Made by a program: the position numbers and the translations under genes
Source of the DNA: Tubiluchus corallicola
Lineage: Eukaryota > Animalia > Priapulida
Reading direction: 5' to 3'
DNA length: 35,538 nucleotides
NCBI GenBank assembly: GCA_030141605.1
Contig: JAQGDQ010001542.1
Location: forward strand, 1 to 35,538
The notes under the pieces: generated by a model
What the model saw: the letters and a program-made list of their open reading frames with translations, nothing else
What the model was told of the DNA's origin: nothing
Databases searched by the model: none
Shown: positions 1 through 12,834 of the stretch, piece after piece
How positions within the stretch are numbered: the first letter of the stretch is position 1
Layout of the letters: every line of letters starts with the position of its first letter

Positions 1-1240
1 GTGCACACATGTACCACACAGTGAAGATGCACACACATGTACCACACAGTGAAGATATGCACACATGTACCACACAGTGAAGATGTGCACACATGTACCA
101 CACAGTGAAGATGTGCACACATGTACTACACAGTGCAGCTGTACACACATGTACTACACAGTGCAGCTGTACACACATGTACCACACAGTGAAGATGTGC
201 ACACATGTACCACACAGTACAGATGCACACACACGTACCACACAGTACAGATGTACACACATGTACCACACAGTACAGATGTACACACATGTACCACACA
301 GTACAGATGTGCACACATGTACCACACAGTACAGATGTGCACACATGTACCACACAGTACAGATGTGTACACATGTACCACGCAGTGAAGATGTGCACAC
401 ATGTACCACGCAGTAAAGATGCGCACACATGTACCACACAGTACAGATGCGCACACATGTACCACGCAGTGAAGATGTGCACACATGTACCACACAGTAC
501 AGATGTGCACGCATGTACCACACAGTACAGATGCGCACACATGTACCACACAGTACAGATGCTCACACACATGTACTACACAGTGCAGCTGTGCACACAT
601 GTACCACACAGTACAGATGCACACACATGTACCACACAGTACAGATGTGCACGCATGTACCACACAGTACAGATGCGCACACATGCACCACACAGTACAG
701 ATGCGCACACATGCACCACACAGTGATGTGCACACATGTACCACACAGTACAGATGCGCACACATGTACCACACACTACAGATGCACACACATGTACCAC
801 ACAGTACAGATGTGCACGCATGTACCACACAGTACAGATGCGCACACATGTACCACACAGTACAGATGCGCACACATGTACCACACAGTGATGTGCACAC
901 ATGTACCACACAGTACAGATGCGCACACATGTACCACACAGTACAGATGCACACACATGTACCACACAGTACAGATGTGCACGCATGTACCACACAGTAC
1001 AGATGTGCACGCATGTACCACACAGTACAGATGCGCACACATGTACCACACAGTACAGATGCTCACACACATGTACTACACAGTGCAGCTGTGCACACAT
1101 GTACCACACAGTACAGATGCACACACATGTACCACACAGTACAGATGTGCACGCATGTACCACACAGTACAGATGCGCACACATGTACCACACAGTACAG
1201 ATGCGCACACATGTACCACACAGTACAGATGAGCACACGC
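1..1240. repeat. 28-bp minisatellite, left array (GTGCACACATGTACCACACAGTACAGAT and GTGAAGAT variant), truncated by the window start
   Basis: Direct 28-bp periodicity; the variant block GCTCACACACATGTACTACACAGTGCAGCT recurs at 561 and 1061. Confidence 0.97.
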
Positions 1241-3810
1241 ATTGTTCACTGATGGACATTATTATTTCAATTAAGCAATATTAGATCAAAAAATAGAATA
1301 CTTAATGCAAAATTAGTTGAGAGATACAGAGGAAACTTATTTCAAGTAACATTTTTTAGTACGTCATATATATTTCCTACTGCACGGGTCATGGTTGGAA
1401 TACACAAACGAGTCATTATGCAACAAAAAATAAATAAATGCACTTTTGTCTGACCAAAATAATTTTCACTCATCCGTAAGAAAGCTTCAATGTTTTAGTG
1501 ACGATGAATAATAGAAACATTTCCAATTTAGTAACCCTAATGAAGGCCTAATGAAGATCTACACAAAGCTGCACAATTTTAATTCAAATTTATTTAATGC
1601 CATGTGCTTAAATGTTTTTAACGTTGTCAGTAAAAAAATCGTTTTTGTGAAATTGTGTTAATCAGCGAGTGATTGGCCCATGGCAAAAATTTGAAACAAA
1701 TGCACTACTGTGGCAACTGGTACTGTATCATTTCAACACAGTTAAGTACAAATCATTAATTATTGAGACAAAATTAAAACAAGTTGCAGTAGTCACTAGT
1801 GACCATTGGTCTTTTATTCCACTTTGCCTCTTTTCTTTTTTTATATATTTTTTCTTTTGGTTTATCTTTATCCTGTAAAAATTTAGAGACAAATGATTAT
1901 TTATTTACTTAGCTCTCCATTCGTCACAGAGAGAACGGGACAAAAACGATTTTTTTACTGACAACGTTAAAAACATTTAAGCACATGGCATTAAATAAAT
2001 TTGAATTAAAATTGTGCAGCTTTGTGTAGATCTTCATTAGGCCTTCATTAGGGTTACTAAATTGGAAATGTTTCTATTATTCATCGTCACTAAAACATTG
2101 AAGCTTTCTTACGGATGAGTGAAAATTATTTTGGTCAGACAAAAGTGCATTTATTTATTTTTTGTTGCATAATGACTCGTTTGTGTATTCCAACCATGAC
2201 CCGTGCAGTAGGAAATATATATGGCGTACTAAAAAATGTGACTTGAAATAAGTTTCCTCTGTATCTCTCAACTAATTTTGCATTAAGTATTCTATTTTTG
2301 ATCTAATATTGCTTAATTGAAATAATAATGTCCATCAGTGAACAATGCGTGTGCTCATCTGTACTGTGTGGTACATGTGTGCGCATCTGTACTGTGTGGT
2401 ACATGTGTGCGCATCTGTACTGTGTGGTACATGCGTGCACATCTGTACTGTGTGGTACATGTGTGTGCATCTGTACTGTGTGGTACATGTGTGCACAGCT
2501 GCACTGTGTAGTACATGTGTGTGAGCATCTGTACTGTGTGGTACATGTGTGCACATCTGTACTGTGTGGTACATGCGTGCACATCTGTACTGTGTGGTAC
2601 ATGCGTGCACATCTGTACTGTGTGGTACATGTGTGTGCATCTGTACTGTGTGGTACATGTGTGCGCATCTGTACTGTGTGGTACATGTGTGCACATCACT
2701 GTGTGGTACATGTGTGCGCATCTGTACTGTGTGGTACATGTGTGCGCATCTGTACTGTGTGGTACATGCGTGCACATCTGTACTGTGTGGTACATGTGTG
2801 TGCATCTGTAGTGTGTGGTACATGTGTGCGCATCTGTACTGTGTGGTACATGTGTGCACATCACTGTGTGGTGCATGTGTGCGCATCTGTACTGTGTGGT
2901 GCATGTGTGCGCATCTGTACTGTGTGGTACATGCGTGCACATCTGTACTGTGTGGTACATGTGTGTGCATCTGTACTGTGTGGTACATGTGTGCACAGCT
3001 GCACTGTGTAGTACATGTGTGTGAGCATCTGTACTGTGTGGTACATGTGTGCGCATCTGTACTGTGTGGTACATGCGTGCACATCTGTACTGTGTGGTAC
3101 ATGTGTGCACATCTTCACTGCGTGGTACATGTGTGCGCATCTGTACTGTGTGGTACATGTGTGCGCATCTTTACTGCGTGGTACATGTGTGCACATCTTC
3201 ACTGCGTGGTACATGTGTGCACATCTGTACTGTGTGGTACATGTGTGCACATCTGTACTGTGTGGTACATGTGTGCACATCTGTACTGTGTGGTACATGT
3301 GTGTACATCTGTACTGTGTGGTACGTGTGTGTGCATCTGTACTGTGTGGTACGTGTGTGTGCATCTGTACTGTGTGGTACATGTGTGCACATCTTCACTG
3401 TGTGGTACATGTGTGTACAGCTGCACTGTGTAGTACATGTGTGCACATCTTCACTGTGTGGTACATGTGTGCACATCTTCACTGTGTGGTACATGTGTGC
3501 ACATCTGTACTGTGTGGTACATGTGTGCGCATCTGTACTGTGTGGTACATGTGTGCACATCTTCACTGTGTGGTACATGTGTGCACATCTTCACTGTGTG
3601 GTACATGTGTGTACATCTTCACTGTGCGGTACATGTGTGCACATCTTCACTGCGTGGTACGCGTGTGAGCATCTGTACTGTGTGGTACGCGTGTGCACAT
3701 CTGTACTGTGTGGTACATGTGTGCACATCTTCACTGTGTGGTACATGTGTGCATATCTTCACTGTGTGGTACATGTGTGTGCATCTTCACTGTGTGGTAC
3801 ATGTGTGCAC
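1..3810. repeat. Large inverted duplication IR1: left arm <1-1648, spacer 1649-1939 (291 bp), right arm from 1940 outward
   Basis: Unique sequence 1241-1648 is the reverse complement of 1940-2346, with two substitutions and a 1-bp indel seen by eye. Mirrored ORF coordinates sum to 3587. The rare GATATGC unit at about 54-60 mirrors GCATATC at 3751-3757. Confidence 0.95.
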
Positions 3811-4530
3811 ATCTTCACTGTGTGGTACATGTGTGCACATCTTCACTGTGTGGTACATGTGTGCACATCTTCACTGTGTGGTACATGTGTGCACATCTTC
3901 ACTGTGTGGTACGTGTGTGTGCATCTGTACTGTGTGGTACATGTGTGCACATCTTCACTGTGTGGTACATGTGTGCACATCTTCACTGTGTGGTACATGT
4001 GTGTACATCTTCAGTGTGTGGTACATGTGTGCACATCTTCACTGTGTGGTACATGTGTGCACATCTGTACTGTGTGGTACATGTGTGCACATCTTCACTG
4101 TGTGGTACGTGTGTGTGCATCTGTACTGTGTGGTACATGTGTGCACATCTTCACTGTGTGGTACATGTGTGCACATCTTCACTGTGTGGTACATGTGTGC
4201 ACATCTGTACTGTGTGGTACATGTGTGCACATCTTCACTGTGTGGTACATGTGTGCACATCTTCACTGTGTGGTACGTGTGTGTGCATCTGTACTGTGTG
4301 GTACATGTGTGTACATCTGTACTGTGTGGTACATGTGTGTGCATCTGTACTGTGTGGTACATGTGTGCACATCTGTACTGTGTGGTACATGTGTGCACAT
4401 CTTCACTGCGTGGTACACGCGTGTGAGCATCTGTACTGTGTGGTACGTGTGTGTACAGCTGCACTGTGTAGTACATGTGTGTGAGCATCTGTACTGTGTG
4501 GTACATGTGTGCACACGTGCACTGTGTGGT
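2347..4530. repeat. 28-bp minisatellite, right array (reverse-complement orientation)
   Basis: Unit ATCTGTACTGTGTGGTACATGTGTGCAC with ATCTTCAC variant, about 78 units. Confidence 0.97.
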
Positions 4531-4856
4531 GCAAAAATACTAAAACGAGCACAGCATGTCAATATTGGAAAATGGAGTAAATTTTTGTATTACAGAAATC
4601 TGAGATCGTGTGAATCTTGATTGTGTTAAGATTTATTAATTGCATTTTGCCAATAGCTGCGTTTAACCTATTTCGTGATTTCTTTAAAAAGTATTTTAAT
4701 CTACATTTTGTTTTCGTCTTTAAACCCATTTCAACCTTTTTGTCAAGAAATGTCTGCAGTGTTTGGATAAGATTTTTTTCTCTATTTGCACAAAAGATAA
4801 TCTGTTTTTACAACGAATGACAACAACCCTTGAATAATGTTATCTTTCTCCGCTAG

Positions 4857-5044
4857 GTTTGGCACGTTACCATCCCACAAGTATGCAGGATAATTACGAA
4901 TTCGGTGTCGACATTACGAAGAACGAGATCCGAGTGGAATCACCGAATTTGCAAACGGAACCAAATGAACCGGTCGTCGTTCCATTCGACAAAGACGCTT
5001 TGTGGTCGGACGACACCACAACTTCGCCCGAACTCTTGTTTTAA
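4857..5044 (+). CDS. Terminal coding exon of a taperin/phostensin-like protein (xLARYHPTSMQDNYEFGV...ALWSDDTTTSPELLF*), antisense to exon 1 at 24705-22468
   Basis: Pyrimidine tract and AG acceptor (TTATCTTTCTCCGCTAG at 4840-4856), phase-1 start, stop TAA at 5042-5044. The peptide resembles the taperin-family tail as recalled (GLSSYTP... start, ...PALYF / WS...DLLF end). AATAAA at 6173. Confidence 0.65.
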
Positions 5045-6262
5045 CCACGTGACCCCCGTGTGATTTTTTTACATCTGAGATGAGATTATAGTTTAATAAC
5101 CAATTGACTCTTATTTATGAGATTAAAATTAGCAGCAAAAGTCGTGAATCTTAATTACAAGTCGTTCAGTGTTCTGCATTTGTAAATAGTAAATGATGAA
5201 GATTGATGGTGATTCTTGACATGTTTGCTCGTAGGAGCAGCGAGCTCGAGAGAGAACCAGTTTCACTTTTAAACAACCTCAAAATTAACTTTGACTGTTC
5301 ATCGGTGATTAGACTACCATGTATATCTTTTACAGTAATTGAGTTCCATTGTAAAATAACCGGTTGTTTAATACGTTTGCATTATTAAACTCAACCTTGC
5401 TGAAAGTGCATTTTGTCAGGCATGTAAATCTATGAACATGTTTTTATAAGTTGCTCGAAGTTTTCACACTCTTTTTACACTCCAAATGTGAAATGTTATT
5501 ATCAATGATTATGTAATGATACATAGTAAACAAGTTTTGCAAATAACAACTATTATTATTACTAAACTCACTGACAACTTAAGCGGTTTTGTGTTGGCAT
5601 TGTCGCAAAATGTTTCAACGAAAAACTCCGGAAGTAAGGTTAACAATTATCAAAATTTGAAACAGGGTAGATTTAATTTACACTGTTTAATTCGGTTTGT
5701 AAACTTGGCCAATTATTCATTAAAATGTGCCAAGGTGATCAACGTAACTTTGACAAGCAAGATCTATGACGTGTGCAAACCTGCCCATAGTTATTCAACT
5801 CTTGGGTGAATTATTTTTCAGAGGAATGACAATTTTCATTCTGTTGCATGTAGTAAAAAAAATTCAACAGCAGTATATTAGAAGAAAACGTTTTTGTAAA
5901 TATTTGCAGACACCTTATAGTATAATATTTATCTCTAAAAGTAGCTTTGATGTAAATCTTCTACTTGACACCATTATTATGACATTATTTTGACTAATTC
6001 CATAGTAAACATGAACAGTTTGCAACTAGGGGTCCGTGTGACCTCAATTATTTTTCTCAATACTGTACAAACACTTGATAAGCATCTTAGCACAGCCTTA
6101 AACATTGGCATGTGGTTGGCCTGCACAGTTAAGCAACTCTTGGCTTGGCTAATGAATGGATAAGTGACCACCAATAAAATTAGCAATGATTATTAATACA
6201 TGTAGAACAGTAAAGTAGTCAACACTGCAGCACATGGCAATGATTTTCGCACCGTAACAATA

Positions 6263-6648
6263 AGCCTTTTTACAATTTCGTTGTGTGCACACGCAATTGC
6301 TATAGGTTAAAGGTTAAATGTAGCACAGCAATGCATCTTAACTACAACCGTCACGTGTGATGTGGGTAAAGCAAAGCCATATGCCGCATCAGTCAGTAAC
6401 TTCAGTCGTTTTATTATGGACTTCGCCTGATTATGCATTAGTCTGTGAATAGAGTGATTTACTAGCAGGATCTTGCTTGAGAACAAGAAAAAGTAAACTA
6501 GGTGAGGTTCTAGCTAGCTGTTAAAACTGTTAGTATTACAATAGCTTCGTCTGCGAGGCGTTGTCAAGCGTACACAAATGCGTTGTCTAGTACACTTAAC
6601 TTTGACGTTTTGACGATCATCATCAATCGCTGGAGCAGTGAAAAGGCT
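6263..6648. mobile_element. MITE, PIF/Harbinger-like; copy 1 of a family also present at 28555-28903
   Basis: Terminal inverted repeats AGCCTTTTTACA...GTGAAAAGGCT with TAA/TCA flanks; collinear similarity to 28555-28903 (e.g. TGTGGGTAAAGCAAAGCCAT, CTGCGAGGCGTTGTCAAG). Confidence 0.75.
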
Positions 6649-7275
6649 CATTTGTCTTTGATTATGCATTTTAGGTCTGACTATAGTCTCTAAGTACTGC
6701 ATATTGAGATGCTTGCACCCCTTTCTACTTGATAGCTCTAACAACACTGGAATCATTTTCCGTATCTAAAGCTACTGAGATTCTGGCATACCATACAGGA
6801 TTAGTATTTCATTTATGCGGTAAATGTGGGTGAATTGTTTCATTGTTTTGTAAACAACAAACAGAATTCAGTGCAAATAACAGGAAGTATTCGACCATAA
6901 TAAACAATCCATCTATCACTTTGTTTGAATGCACTAATAACTTCCTGCACAATTACAGAAGCTGATGTTTTTATCGGAGAGTGTAGGTTATGCAGACAGA
7001 TAACAAATTGTACCGTAACAAATCAGACCGCATTTTTTACAAAACCGTCGGAACCGTAAAATTACAGGAAACAGAAATGGTGTCATTTCAGGTTGGTTTT
7101 GTGCAGTTAACTTACAATATTGATATCTGAATAAAAGTTTGTTTATTGTTACTGCTGGTTGGTGAATTGATATCAAAACACATTGGAGCTGCAAACACAA
7201 AGATGAACCGGTTTAACCGATGAAATTAGTCAGAAATCAAATGGAAAAGTTGCTCATTCTGCTGCTTGTACTTAG

Positions 7276-7793
7276 TTTTGTTCGCTACCATGTTCTATGT
7301 GATTTAGTCACTTTGGACTAAAAGTAGTCGATCTCTACAGTTTTGTTTGCTACCATGTTCTGTGTGTTTTAGTCACTTTGGACTAAAAGTAGTCGATCTC
7401 TACAGTTTTGTTTGCTACCATGTTCTGTGTGTTTTAGTCACTTTGGACTAAAAGTAGTCGATCTCTACAGTTTTGTTCGCTACCATGTTCTGTGTGTTTT
7501 AGTCACTTTGGACTAAAAGTAGTCGATCTCTACAGTTTTGTTCGCTACCATGTTCTGTGTGTTTTAGTCACTTTGGACTAAAAGTAGTCAATCTCTACAG
7601 TTTTGTTCGCTACCATGTTCTGTGTGTTTTAGTCACTTTGGACTAAAAGTAGTCGATCTCTACAGTTTTGTTCACTACCATGTTCTATGTGATTTAGTCA
7701 CTTTGGACTAAAAGTAGTCGATCTCTACAGTTTTGTTCGCTACCATGTTCTATGTGATTTAGTCACTTTGGACTAAAAGTAGTCGATCTCTAC
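7276..7793. repeat. 65-bp tandem repeat, about 8 copies
   Basis: Unit TTTTGTTCGCTACCATGTTCTGTGTGTTTTAGTCACTTTGGACTAAAAGTAGTCGATCTCTACAG, with internal hairpin TTTTAGTC-N6-GACTAAAA. Confidence 0.95.
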
Positions 7794-7969
7794 TTTCATT
7801 TCCTCAAATGACCATCTCTGGCCAAACACCCATCTCAGTGCAAGCGTTTAAAAGCCGGCAAGTAACTTGAGAGCGGTCAAACTACAAAAAACTATCCGTT
7901 TTGGTCAATCAGTGACAACCAAACACAAATGTACACAGAATAGGATCACCGCGACCACCACCACTGCCA

Positions 7970-8165
7970 TTAATAATGATGATGATGATGATGGTGATGG
8001 TGATGATGATGGTGATGGCGATGATGATGATGATGATGATAATAATAATGATAATAATTACAATAATAATAATAATGATGATGATGATGATAGTAATGAC
8101 AATAATAATAATAATAATAAAATAATAATAATAATAGTAATGACAATAATAATAATAATAATAAT
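7970..8165. repeat. Compound (GAT)n/(AAT)n microsatellite
   Basis: Directly visible trinucleotide runs. Confidence 0.95.
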
Positions 8166-8569
8166 TTATTTTTTACAAGCAATACAATGCATCTCATCAC
8201 TCATTACAATAAAATACAGTTAGTTGTAAGTTTTGAAAATTAAAACACAAATTTAAAATACTAGTAAAAATGTTAGCAATACAGGTTAAAAACAGAAAAG
8301 CAAATATTTCAAAAACAGTAATGGATTAGCTGCACCCTTGAAAATTCTTTAAAAAGATTGCAAAAATATGATATGTAATAGCAATCAGATGAAATGAAAA
8401 TTAAGTGAAATTAGCTGGATTTGCTTCTGATTGTAAGTCTGTAATAAAATAATACTACGAGGATGAAACCAGCCTAGTACAAGTAGTTACTACAGTGTGT
8501 ATGTCTATAATGTTTGTTTAAAACAGTCCTTTGATTTGCTGCAACGTAGATGACACGGTATTCTGTTCC

Positions 8570-8806
8570 ACTCGAGCTGACACACTGAACGGAGAACTCG
8601 AGTTGACACGCTGAACGGAGAACTCGAGCTGACACGCTGAACGGAGAACTCGAGTTGACACGCTGAACGGAGAACTCGAGTTGACACGATGAACGGAGAA
8701 CTCGAGTTGACACGCTGAACGGAGAACTCGAGTTGACACGCTGAACGGAGAACTCGAGTTGACACGCTGAACGGAGAACTCGAGCTGACACGCTGAACGG
8801 AGAACT
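8570..8806. repeat. 26-bp tandem repeat, about 9 copies
   Basis: Unit CTCGAGTTGACACGCTGAACGGAGAA; most unit junctions form the palindrome AACTCGAGTT. Confidence 0.95.
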
Positions 8807-9024
8807 TGATTCTCAACTGAAATTATTATGTAATAAACTTATTATTTCCTAGTCATTATGATGTCAAGATTGTTGTCAGGATTTTCGTTATTGTCGAGAC
8901 TTTATCAAAATAAAAATATTAATCAAATTAATCCAATACTGCTCTATTTATGGACGAGCTAACACTAGAAATACTGAATTTGGTCCAGCTATAAGGGACG
9001 AACTTTGGACTGCCTTGGTCACTC

Positions 9025-9095
9025 GGAATGTGATGCCCTTGTCGTCTAAGACATCCATTTCATAAGCAGAAAGTCCCTGGTTCAAATACACGCTG
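9025..9095 (+). mobile_element. Degenerate tRNA-derived SINE head
   Basis: A-box-like TGCCCTTGTCGTCTAAG followed by B-box-like GGTTCAAATAC at tRNA-like spacing; no intact cloverleaf. Confidence 0.35.
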
Positions 9096-9467
9096 TCTTT
9101 GAAGTTCGGTATCAAAATTTAATTAATTAAATTAATTGTGGATTAATAAAATCACTCATTGTTACATGGGAGTTGCTGATGTAGGGAGGTGTTTCGCCTG
9201 ACATGCAAATGTATCAGACAATTCCCCTACTCCAGATTAAGCTCCCAGCGATCCCATGGCAGAGCCAGTTAATTAGGTCAGCACATACACATAACACCAA
9301 GCACAAAATTACACATTCACTTTCACGGCTATTTAATGAAGTAAAAACAATCATGAACGCACACCACTTTCCCTGTGTCCAGGCGCGAGCAATTGAAAAG
9401 CAGGTAGAGTCAAGATACAGCGAATCTGATTGGCCATTGCGAGGTGGACACACTTTCGTATTCTTAA

Positions 9468-10149
9468 AGGACAAGAAAAGACGTACTTGAAGTTGGTTTC
9501 AGAAAAATCGCTTTAAAAATTGTATCACTTTATAGCAATTTTATGCATATGTCTTACTCGCGTTGAAAAGAATTTTAGTTTGTTTCCATTTTAAATCTCC
9601 CGCAATACTGTTCCGACGGCGCCATTACATGACGTCATGTACCAAACGTAAATCAAGGGAAGAAAAGACAATGTTAAATTATATCTCAAAAAACTTTCCT
9701 TGCAAATCTATATTACTTAGATTTTCGCTTACCTGCTAGAGAGACTTATGTTACTAGAAAAGAAAATTATTAATTATTTAAAATGTTTTCACCAATTGGT
9801 AAAATGTCGCTGACTCACCCTCCAGGGTGCACAATCCACTAACCAAAAACGTGTTTTTAATCTTATTCACAAGATGCAGTAATTTAAAATTTTACTCGCT
9901 TAGTGACGTGTGTGCTACGAATGTTCTGATTATTTTTTCAAACTTTACAAAATGTTATCTAAACTTGTTTCAAATGACCTGTCGTCAAAATGGCTGCGTC
10001 TAACGGTCATCGCGGGAGTTTAAATTTACATGTTTTATACAGCGTGACTGCCGATTGAAGTCCTGCATGTAAAAAGGCAGTACGTAAGTGATATAAAGTT
10101 TCAAGACGAATTTTTTAAGCTTTATGTTTATGAAATGTTTTCTTGTGCC
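9468..10149. mobile_element. Non-autonomous DNA element with TTAA flanks, Kolobok-like
   Basis: TTAA|AGGACAAGAAAA ... TTTTCTTGTGCC|TTAA; degenerate inverted symmetry continues inward (TGTATCACTT vs AAGTGATATA; GACGGCGCCATT vs AATGGCTGCGTC). Confidence 0.65.
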
Positions 10150-10383
10150 TTAAGTTGATTTAACAATAAATATGACAGTAGCATGGATATTATTAGATTT
10201 ATGAAGAAATGCATCAAAAGTACCATGATAATATGTTAAAAATGTTTATATTTTGGAATCAAATCTCTTCTAGAGAGTTTCTCAGTACAATTTTACGATT
10301 TGTCTTGTTTCAGTCTTTTGCGAAGCAGCGTTACCTGCTTGAAAGGCAAGTTCAATCGCAGAGTCGCAGGTGCCTAAACACTC

Positions 10384-10397
10384 GTTGCTATGGCAAC
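10384..10397. promoter_or_regulatory. X-box (RFX-type) consensus motif GTTGCTATGGCAAC
   Basis: Matches the known GTTGCYATGGCAAC X-box pattern; function not shown. Confidence 0.35.
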
Positions 10398-10480
10398 CAG
10401 CAGGTGCGCGCATGCTGCGGGTGGCACGCGCCTAGTATGTTATTAATAACCTGCTGCAGTGATAATTACAATTTAAACTG

Positions 10481-11859
10481 AGAAATGTACGCGTTGTCAG
10501 CTTTTGCATGCGCTGAAAGAACACAATGAAAATCGTACCAAAGACTGTTTATACCGTAAACTGAGTGAGCTCGTGGTATTAAAATAACTTTGACTGAGAA
10601 AAGGCTAAATTGTACGCTACTAGAATGTACGCGTTGTCAGCTTTTGCATGCGCTGAAAGAACACACAATGAAAATCGTACCAAAGACTGTTTATACCGTA
10701 AACTGAGTGAGCTCGTGGTATTAAAATAACTTTGACTGAGAAAAAGCTAAATTGTACGCTGCTAGAAATGTACGCGTTGTCAGCTTTTGCATGCGCTGAA
10801 AGAACACAATGAAAATCGTACCAAAGACTGTTTATACCGTAAACTGAGTGAGCTCGTGGTATTAAAATAACTTTGACTGAGAAAAAGCTAAATTGTACGC
10901 TACTAGAATGTACGCGTTGTCAGCTTTTGCATGCGCTGAAAGAACACAATGAAAATCGTACCAAAGACTGTTTATACCGTAAACTGAGTGAGCTCGTGGT
11001 ATTAAAATAACTTTGACTGAGAAAAAGCTAAATTGTACGCTACTAGAATGTACGCGTTGTCAGCTTTTGCATGCGCTGAAAGAACACAATGAAAATCGTA
11101 CCAAAGACTGTTTATACCGTAAACTGAGTGAGCTCGTGGTATTAAAATAACTTTGACTGAGAAAAGGCTAAATTGTACGCTACTAGAATGTACGCGTTGT
11201 CAGCTTTTGCATGCGCTGAAAGAACACACAATGAAAATCGGACGAAAGACTGTTTATACTGTAAACTGAGTGAGCTCGTGGTATTAAAATAACTTTGACT
11301 GAGAAAAAGCTAAATTGTACGCTGCTAGAAATGTACGCGTTGTCAGCTTTTGCATGCGCTGAAAGAACACAATGAAAATCGTACCAAAGACTGTTTATAC
11401 CGTAAACTGAGTGAGCTCGTGGTATTAAAATAACTTTGACTGAGAAAAAGCTAAATTGTACGCTACTAGAATGTACGCGTTGTCAGCTTTTGAATGCGCT
11501 GAAAGAACACAATGAAAATCGTACCAAAGACTGTTTATACCGTAAACTGAGTGAGCTCGTGGTATTAAAATAACTTTGACTGAGAAAAAGCTAAATTGTA
11601 CGCTGCTAGAAATGTACGCGTTGTCAGCTTTTGCATGCGCTGAAAGAACACAATGAAAATCGTACCAAAGACTGTTTATACCGTAAACTGAGTGAGCTCG
11701 TGGTATTAAAATAACTTTGACTGAGAAAAAGCTAAATTGTACGCTACTAGAATGTACGCGTTGTCAGCTTTTGAATGCGCTGAAAGAACACAATGAAAAT
11801 CGTACCAAAGACTGTTTATACCGTAAACTGAGTGAGCTCGTGGTATTAAAATAACTTTG
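10481..11859. repeat. 140-143-bp tandem repeat, about 9.8 highly homogeneous copies
   Basis: TGTACGCGTTGTCAGC recurs at 10486, 10626, 10769, 10909, 11049, 11189, 11332, 11472, 11613 and 11753. Confidence 0.97.
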
Positions 11860-12834
11860 AAGCAATTAATAGTATCATTTTTTTACTCAAATTTGGGGAC
11901 TGAAAATTGTGTTCACATCACGAACTCCGAACTTCATGTTACTCCTCTAGTCCAACTCGATTGAAGCCAAGAAAATTATATCTGACATTTTTACATAACT
12001 TGTGCGAGTTCCAGCGAAACCCTAGAATAACACTCAATGTTCTACGCATGCGCAGGCCTGGAAAATATGAATCCAGTAAAAAAAGTTAGGGGCAAAAAAG
12101 TCGCATAAAAATATCAAAGGGACAAAATCCAAAAGAAAAAAAGGCACAGGAAAAAAGAAATAGACCTAACCCTAGTTAAAATTAATTGTGGTTTTATTAC
12201 CTGTCAATGCACAAAATACACAGACAACATTGCGTGCAAAAACCTGCATACTAAACACAGATTAGTACGATTGACAGGGCAAACTACTAAGACGAAACTG
12301 GAATAATTCTAAAGATAAACGCTGTTGTGATCCCCCGTCAACCCAGCAACCTGCAAATCCGGAATGATAGGCGTGCGCAATCTAGTGTGCACCAGCCAGG
12401 GGAATGCAAGGCGGGCTAACAATGGGTTCAACGGTACACATCCTATAATTACTGGCAAAGGGATATCATAACCATAGTACAAAAGGCTACTGTAGCTAAA
12501 CTACCTGTTCTGCAGCTTACATCCGAAGCGCAAAGATTAAAGACTTTTCTTATCCGCCTAAATGCGATTAAGCAAAAATTATAATAATTCCACCCGACAA
12601 TCGCTTAGAATGTATAATCTAGCATCCGTGCCAAGAATGCAAAGTTCTGTAGCTTGGAGGCTTTTTGTTCAAGACAGAAATTCCTGTTACTGACATTATA
12701 TAGAGATTATAAAAATGCCTTCACAGGAATGATTCAATTACAGATATTAGTAGTTACTATTACTTACTTAAACGCAAACGCATTTGAGGCGAAAATAACG
12801 CCTCTTTGATCAACTGCATGTCAGAGTAATATCG

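Noticed and set aside
65-4620. Many long Cys/His/Thr/Val-rich ORFs (up to 523 aa) on both strands
   Set aside because: They are translations of the stop-poor 28-bp satellite in overlapping frames; no domain or splice context.
7867-8223. Poly-Asp/Asn and poly-His ORFs
   Set aside because: Microsatellite translations.
9025-9095. Functional tRNA gene
   Set aside because: A- and B-box-like motifs are degenerate and no full cloverleaf forms; kept only as a possible SINE head.
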